Below, in pieces: positions 60,230-64,000 of a stretch of 64,000 nt of DNA. The DNA lies in NCBI GenBank assembly GCA_037189525.1, contig JBBCJC010000001.1:256001-320000 (forward strand). The letters are read 5' to 3'. The stretch comes from Gemmatimonadales bacterium (GTDB taxonomy: Bacteria > Gemmatimonadota > Gemmatimonadetes > Gemmatimonadales > GWC2-71-9). Both the position numbers and the translations under genes were made by a program. The notes beneath the pieces were generated by a model that did not search any database, had not been told where the DNA came from, and saw only the letters and a program-made list of their open reading frames with translations. Position 1 is the stretch's first letter. Every line of letters starts with the position of its first letter.

Positions 60230-61192
60230 ATGTCACGCTTCGCGTCGTTCCTGAGAACGGCCGGGATGCTCACCGCCCTCGCCCTCTTCGCCTGGCCCCT
60301 GTCCGCCCAACCCGCGGGCCGGCAGTCGGCCGTCCTGGTCACCGGGGCCAGCAGCGGGATCGGCCGCAAAATCGCCGAGTTGCTCGCGGCGAAAGGCCAT
60401 TTCGTCTACGCCGGCGCCCGGAAGCAGGAGGACATCGACGTGCTGAGCCGGATTCCCAACATGCAGGGCATCCGGCTCGACGTGACCTCCCCGACCGAGA
60501 TCGCGGCCGCCGTAGAGACCATCCGCGGCGCCGGGCGCGGCCTCCACGGTCTCGTCAACAACGCGGGGGTCGCCATCCTCGGTCCGCTGATCGAGGTGGA
60601 CGAGAAAGAACTGACCTGGCTGTTCGACGTGAACGTCTACGGTCCCTATCGGGTCACCAAAGCGTTCGCGCCGCTCCTGATCGAGTCCAAGGGCCGGATC
60701 ACTACGATAGGGTCGATCTCCGGCATCCTTTCGGGACCGCTCTTCGGCCCCTACAGCATGAGTAAACACGCCGTCGAAGCCTTCAACGACGCATTGGGTG
60801 TCGAGATGGCGCGATTCGGCGTCAAGGTGAGCGTGATCGAGCCGGGGAACTATCGCTCCGAGATCGGCCGGAACACGGTCGCGCAGATCGAGGCCGCCGC
60901 CGAGCGGTACCCAGGCTCGCCGTACCAGGAGCAGCTGCGCAGCATGGTCAAGGGTATGAGCAACTACGACACCTACCCCGAACCCGACGCGGTGGCCGAC
61001 GCGGCGCTGCATGCGCTGTTCGATCCCAATCCCAAGGTGCGCTACATGGTGGTGCCCGCCGCCAGGCAGGCAGAGGTGACCATCCGCAAAGCCATCGAGG
61101 AACTGGTCCAGCTCAACCAGGGGCATCAGTTCAGCTACGATCGGGACACCCTGGTTCGCATGCTCGATTCGACGCTGGCCCGGCACAAATAG
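60230..61192 (+). CDS. SDR-family NAD(P)-dependent oxidoreductase with N-terminal signal peptide
   Basis: TGASSGIG, NNAG, YSMSK, IEPG; RBS GAGG. Confidence 0.9.
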   Translation: MSRFASFLRTAGMLTALALFAWPLSAQPAGRQSAVLVTGASSGIGRKIAELLAAKGHFVYAGARKQEDIDVLSRIPNMQGIRLDVTSPTEIAAAVETIRGAGRGLHGLVNNAGVAILGPLIEVDEKELTWLFDVNVYGPYRVTKAFAPLLIESKGRITTIGSISGILSGPLFGPYSMSKHAVEAFNDALGVEMARFGVKVSVIEPGNYRSEIGRNTVAQIEAAAERYPGSPYQEQLRSMVKGMSNYDTYPEPDAVADAALHALFDPNPKVRYMVVPAARQAEVTIRKAIEELVQLNQGHQFSYDRDTLVRMLDSTLARHK

Positions 61193-61217
61193 CAGCCCGC
61201 GAGGGCAGCGGGGGACG

Positions 61218-61255
61218 ACGGGGTTTGCGCCAAACGCGCAACCCCGTTTCCCTTT
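61218..61255 (+). terminator. Hairpin terminator after the SDR gene
   Basis: ACGGGGTTTGCGC...GCGCAACCCCGT then TTCCCTTT. Confidence 0.55.
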
Positions 61256-61280
61256 CACCCCCCTTTCCAGGACTCAGGTC

Positions 61281-62084
61281 GTGACGATTCGTGTCTCACT
61301 CGCAGGCGCCACCGGATGGGCCGGATCGGAGTTGGCCCGCGGGATTGCCTCCGCTCCGGATCTCGAACTGGTGTCCGCCGTCGGGCGCCGCCACGCCGGG
61401 AGGCAACTCGGCGAGGTCCTCGGCGAGCCGCGTCTGACGGCGCCGGTGTACGGATCGGCGGCGGAAGCAGTGGCCCATCGGCCGGACGTCTTCGTCGAGT
61501 ACACCAAGCCCGACGGCGCCAAAGCCAACATTCTGGCAGCGCTCGAAAGCGGCGCGCATGTCGTGGTCGGCACCTCCGGCCTGACCGACGCCGACTACGC
61601 CGAGATCGATGCGGTGGCTCGGCAGCGAGCGCGCGGCGTGCTGGCCTGCGGCAACTTCTCGCTGACCGTGGTTCTGATGCAGAAATTCGCCGAGTTGGCC
61701 GCGCGACTGATTCCGCAATGGGAAATCATCGACTATGCCCACGACGACAAGCTGGATTCTCCCAGCGGTACCGCCCGAGAGTTTGCCACTCGCCTCGGAC
61801 AGGTTCGCGAGCCGAAACAGACCGTGCCGCTCGACCAGGTCCGCGGGCCCCGGGAGGCGCGGGGAGCAACCCTGCGCGGCTCGCAAGTCCATTCGATCCG
61901 GCTGCCCGGCTACACGCTGAGCACGGAGGTGCATTTCGGCCTTCCCGATCAACGGCTCTCGATCCGGCACGACGCCGGCCACAGTGCCCTGCCCTACGTG
62001 GACGGCGCCCTGATCGCGGTCCGCAAGGTAGCTACGCTGACCGGGGTCCACCGGGGCCTCGATGCCGTACTCGATCTCGGGTGA
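61281..62084 (+). CDS. dapB: 4-hydroxy-tetrahydrodipicolinate reductase family protein, atypical
   Basis: GATGWAG, VVGTSG, NFS, K.DSPSGTA, HSIRLPG. Confidence 0.8.
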   Translation: MTIRVSLAGATGWAGSELARGIASAPDLELVSAVGRRHAGRQLGEVLGEPRLTAPVYGSAAEAVAHRPDVFVEYTKPDGAKANILAALESGAHVVVGTSGLTDADYAEIDAVARQRARGVLACGNFSLTVVLMQKFAELAARLIPQWEIIDYAHDDKLDSPSGTAREFATRLGQVREPKQTVPLDQVRGPREARGATLRGSQVHSIRLPGYTLSTEVHFGLPDQRLSIRHDAGHSALPYVDGALIAVRKVATLTGVHRGLDAVLDLG

Positions 62085-62129
62085 GCAGAGCGGCTGCCGT
62101 CCCGATCCGATCCGAGTAAGATTGACGGC

Positions 62130-62744
62130 ATGAGAGATCGGTTACCGCCCTGGCTGCAGGAATGGATCGGCGTGATCCTCCCGGTCAGCGAAGTCGTCCT
62201 GATCCTGCTGGCAGCCTGGCTGCTGCAGCAGTTCGGTCGCCGCCTGGTCCGCCGGCTCCACGAGGCGTACAACCTGCCGACGGAAATGCGGATCGCCATC
62301 CGGCGGATTGCCGCGGTGCTGATCTACGGCGCCGCGCTGCTCCTGATCCTGGGACGGCTCGGCGTTTCGGGCACCGTACTGTGGACCGCCTTTACCGGCT
62401 TCACGGCGGTCGCTGCGGTAGCGTTTTTCGCAGCCTGGAGCGTGCTGTCGAACATCTTCTGCACCATCCTGATCCTGATCACCCGACCCTTCCGGCTCAA
62501 CGACTTTATTGAGTTGCTGGAAGCGAGCGACAAGCCCGGTCTTCGCGGACGCGTGGCCGATATCAACCTGATCTATACGACACTGCAGGAACCGGACACC
62601 GGAGCGCCGGGCGCCGGCAGCGTGCTCCAGATTCCCAACAATCTGTTCTTTCAGCGCACCTTGCGCCGGTGGCGCGGTAGCGAGGTTCCGGCAGCCTGGC
62701 TTGCCGCGAAGCCCGCTCCGCCGTCCAACGCCACGGGCACATGA
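62130..62744 (+). CDS. MscS-family mechanosensitive channel protein, short
   Basis: 3 TM; LSNIF...ILITRPFR.ND.IE; G.V.DINL.YT; IPNN. Confidence 0.85.
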   Translation: MRDRLPPWLQEWIGVILPVSEVVLILLAAWLLQQFGRRLVRRLHEAYNLPTEMRIAIRRIAAVLIYGAALLLILGRLGVSGTVLWTAFTGFTAVAAVAFFAAWSVLSNIFCTILILITRPFRLNDFIELLEASDKPGLRGRVADINLIYTTLQEPDTGAPGAGSVLQIPNNLFFQRTLRRWRGSEVPAAWLAAKPAPPSNATGT

Positions 62745-62799
62745 CCCGCACCGGTTCCGCCGCGCAGGCGACTCGCACTACCGTCAATCGAGGTGTTCC

Positions 62800-63354
62800 A
62801 TGAAGCTCACACTCGCCGCCGTTGCCCTGACCTGCTGTACCATGACTGCCGCTGCGCAGGATGCGCCCCGCTTCCAACCGAGCGGCCGCGGCACGAGTCA
62901 GGTCACCCTGATGACCTCGGACGCCAACGCGACTCCGCGGATCATCCGGCTCGATTGGGGCCAGCCGCATCTGCGCGGCCGGGCACTGCACACCGATTCT
63001 CTGGTGCCATACGACCAGATCTGGCGCACCGGCGCCAACGATGCGACGACTTTGCACACCGATTTCGACCTCACGCTCGGCAGCGCCAAGATCGCCAAGG
63101 GAAGTTATGTCGTCTTTTCCATGCCGACCCGCGCGGGGTGGCAGCTGATTCTGCAGACCAACCGGGGCCAGAGTATCGGCGGCTATCAGGCCGCCAACGA
63201 TGCCGCCCGGGTTCCGATGCGTCTTCGCACGCTCGCGGCGCCGGTGGAAGCCTTTACCATGTGGCTGGTGCCGGCGGCGAGCGGCCTCGCCGGTGAACTG
63301 CGGATGGCCTGGGGCGCCCAGGAGCTTTCCGTTCCTTGGACGGCCATGCCGTGA
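62800..63354 (+). CDS. DUF2911 family exported protein
   Basis: Signal peptide; WGQP..RGR...LVPY..IWRTGANDAT; RBS GAGG. Confidence 0.85.
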   Translation: MKLTLAAVALTCCTMTAAAQDAPRFQPSGRGTSQVTLMTSDANATPRIIRLDWGQPHLRGRALHTDSLVPYDQIWRTGANDATTLHTDFDLTLGSAKIAKGSYVVFSMPTRAGWQLILQTNRGQSIGGYQAANDAARVPMRLRTLAAPVEAFTMWLVPAASGLAGELRMAWGAQELSVPWTAMP

Positions 63355-64000
63355 GTCATGACCCCATGGCTGATCGGCCCGTCCGCGGTTTCGGACGCGG
63401 CCGCCGGCTCTGGGAGCGGGTCCAGCTGCTGCTGACCCCTGCCGATTGGCCTGCTGGCCTGGTCGAACGGCTGGGCGCATCGACCGCCGTGGCACTCCGG
63501 GAACATGCCGACCTGACGGACGCCGCACCAACCGGGCACACGCTCCGGGTCGCCTTCGGCAGCGATTTCCATGCAGGCCCGACCACCTCCGAACGCCTTC
63601 TCGACGCCGCCACCGAAGCGCTGGCCTCGACCGCCCCGGACATCCTCCTGCTGGGCGGCGACTTCGTCTCGATCCACGCGCGTTACATCGACCGCATCGC
63701 CCGACGCCTCGAAACCATCGAGGCACCTGCCGGCCGTTTTGCAGTGTTGGGCAACCATGACCACTGGGCTGGCTCTCGCCCCATCATCCGCGCGCTGGAA
63801 CGGGCCGGCATCGATGTCCTGCTCAACACGAGCCGCCGGCTGCCCGCGCCCTTCGATCAGATCAGCATCTGCGGTATCGATGACCACCTCACCGGTTATC
63901 CGGACGCCGATCGCGCTTTCGCGGACGCCGCTGACGTACGGCTCCTGCTGATGCACGCGCCCTCCGGCTTACTCGATGTCGGGGAGCATCGCTTTGCCGT
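63351..64000 (+). CDS. Metallophosphoesterase (YkuE/YaeI-like), runs off the window end
   Basis: Not in the ORF track; translated by hand from GTG 63351 (or ATG 63366): SDFH, GGDFV, LGNHD, LLMHAP. Confidence 0.85.
   Translation, partial: MSHDPMADRPVRGFGRGRRLWERVQLLLTPADWPAGLVERLGASTAVALREHADLTDAAPTGHTLRVAFGSDFHAGPTTSERLLDAATEALASTAPDILLLGGDFVSIHARYIDRIARRLETIEAPAGRFAVLGNHDHWAGSRPIIRALERAGIDVLLNTSRRLPAPFDQISICGIDDHLTGYPDADRAFADAADVRLLLMHAPSGLLDVGEHRFA

Overview
High-GC bacterial chromosome segment, gene-dense, about 58 CDS. Gene content and protein style suggest Gemmatimonadota (inference, not database-checked). No rRNA, tRNA, CRISPR array or mobile element was seen. Left to right: (1) a surface/EPS region with a 12x Ig-like-repeat lipoprotein, GT4, DegT-type aminotransferase, FemAB-like and deacetylase genes of the XrtA/PEP-CTERM-associated type, a methyltransferase and a TonB-dependent receptor plus lipoprotein; (2) a divergent NtrY/NtrX-like two-component operon with an Omp85-like barrel and a DUF4390-like gene; (3) asnB, HNH, amidohydrolase, PBP1A, tyrS, mscL and DUF853; (4) a patatin-ferredoxin fusion and an LPS/glycan cluster; (5) a housekeeping run yebC-ruvC-ruvA-(Zn ribbon)-ruvB-queA-(phytase, GT4)-tgt-yajC-def-fmt-thiE-like-thiS-thiG-rsmB-PASTA-rpe; (6) a divergent phoX/TonB receptor pair and assorted envelope and metabolic genes. 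Best leads: the patatin-[4Fe-4S] ferredoxin fusion; a GT4 coupled to a Tgt with an atypical substrate pocket (possible new Q-related tRNA chemistry); a candidate sigma54/NtrC-type regulon for surface proteins; a Zn-ribbon microprotein inside ruvAB; and a dispersed phytate/phosphate scavenging set with Pho-box-like repeats. Family assignments are from recognised motifs only, with no database search.
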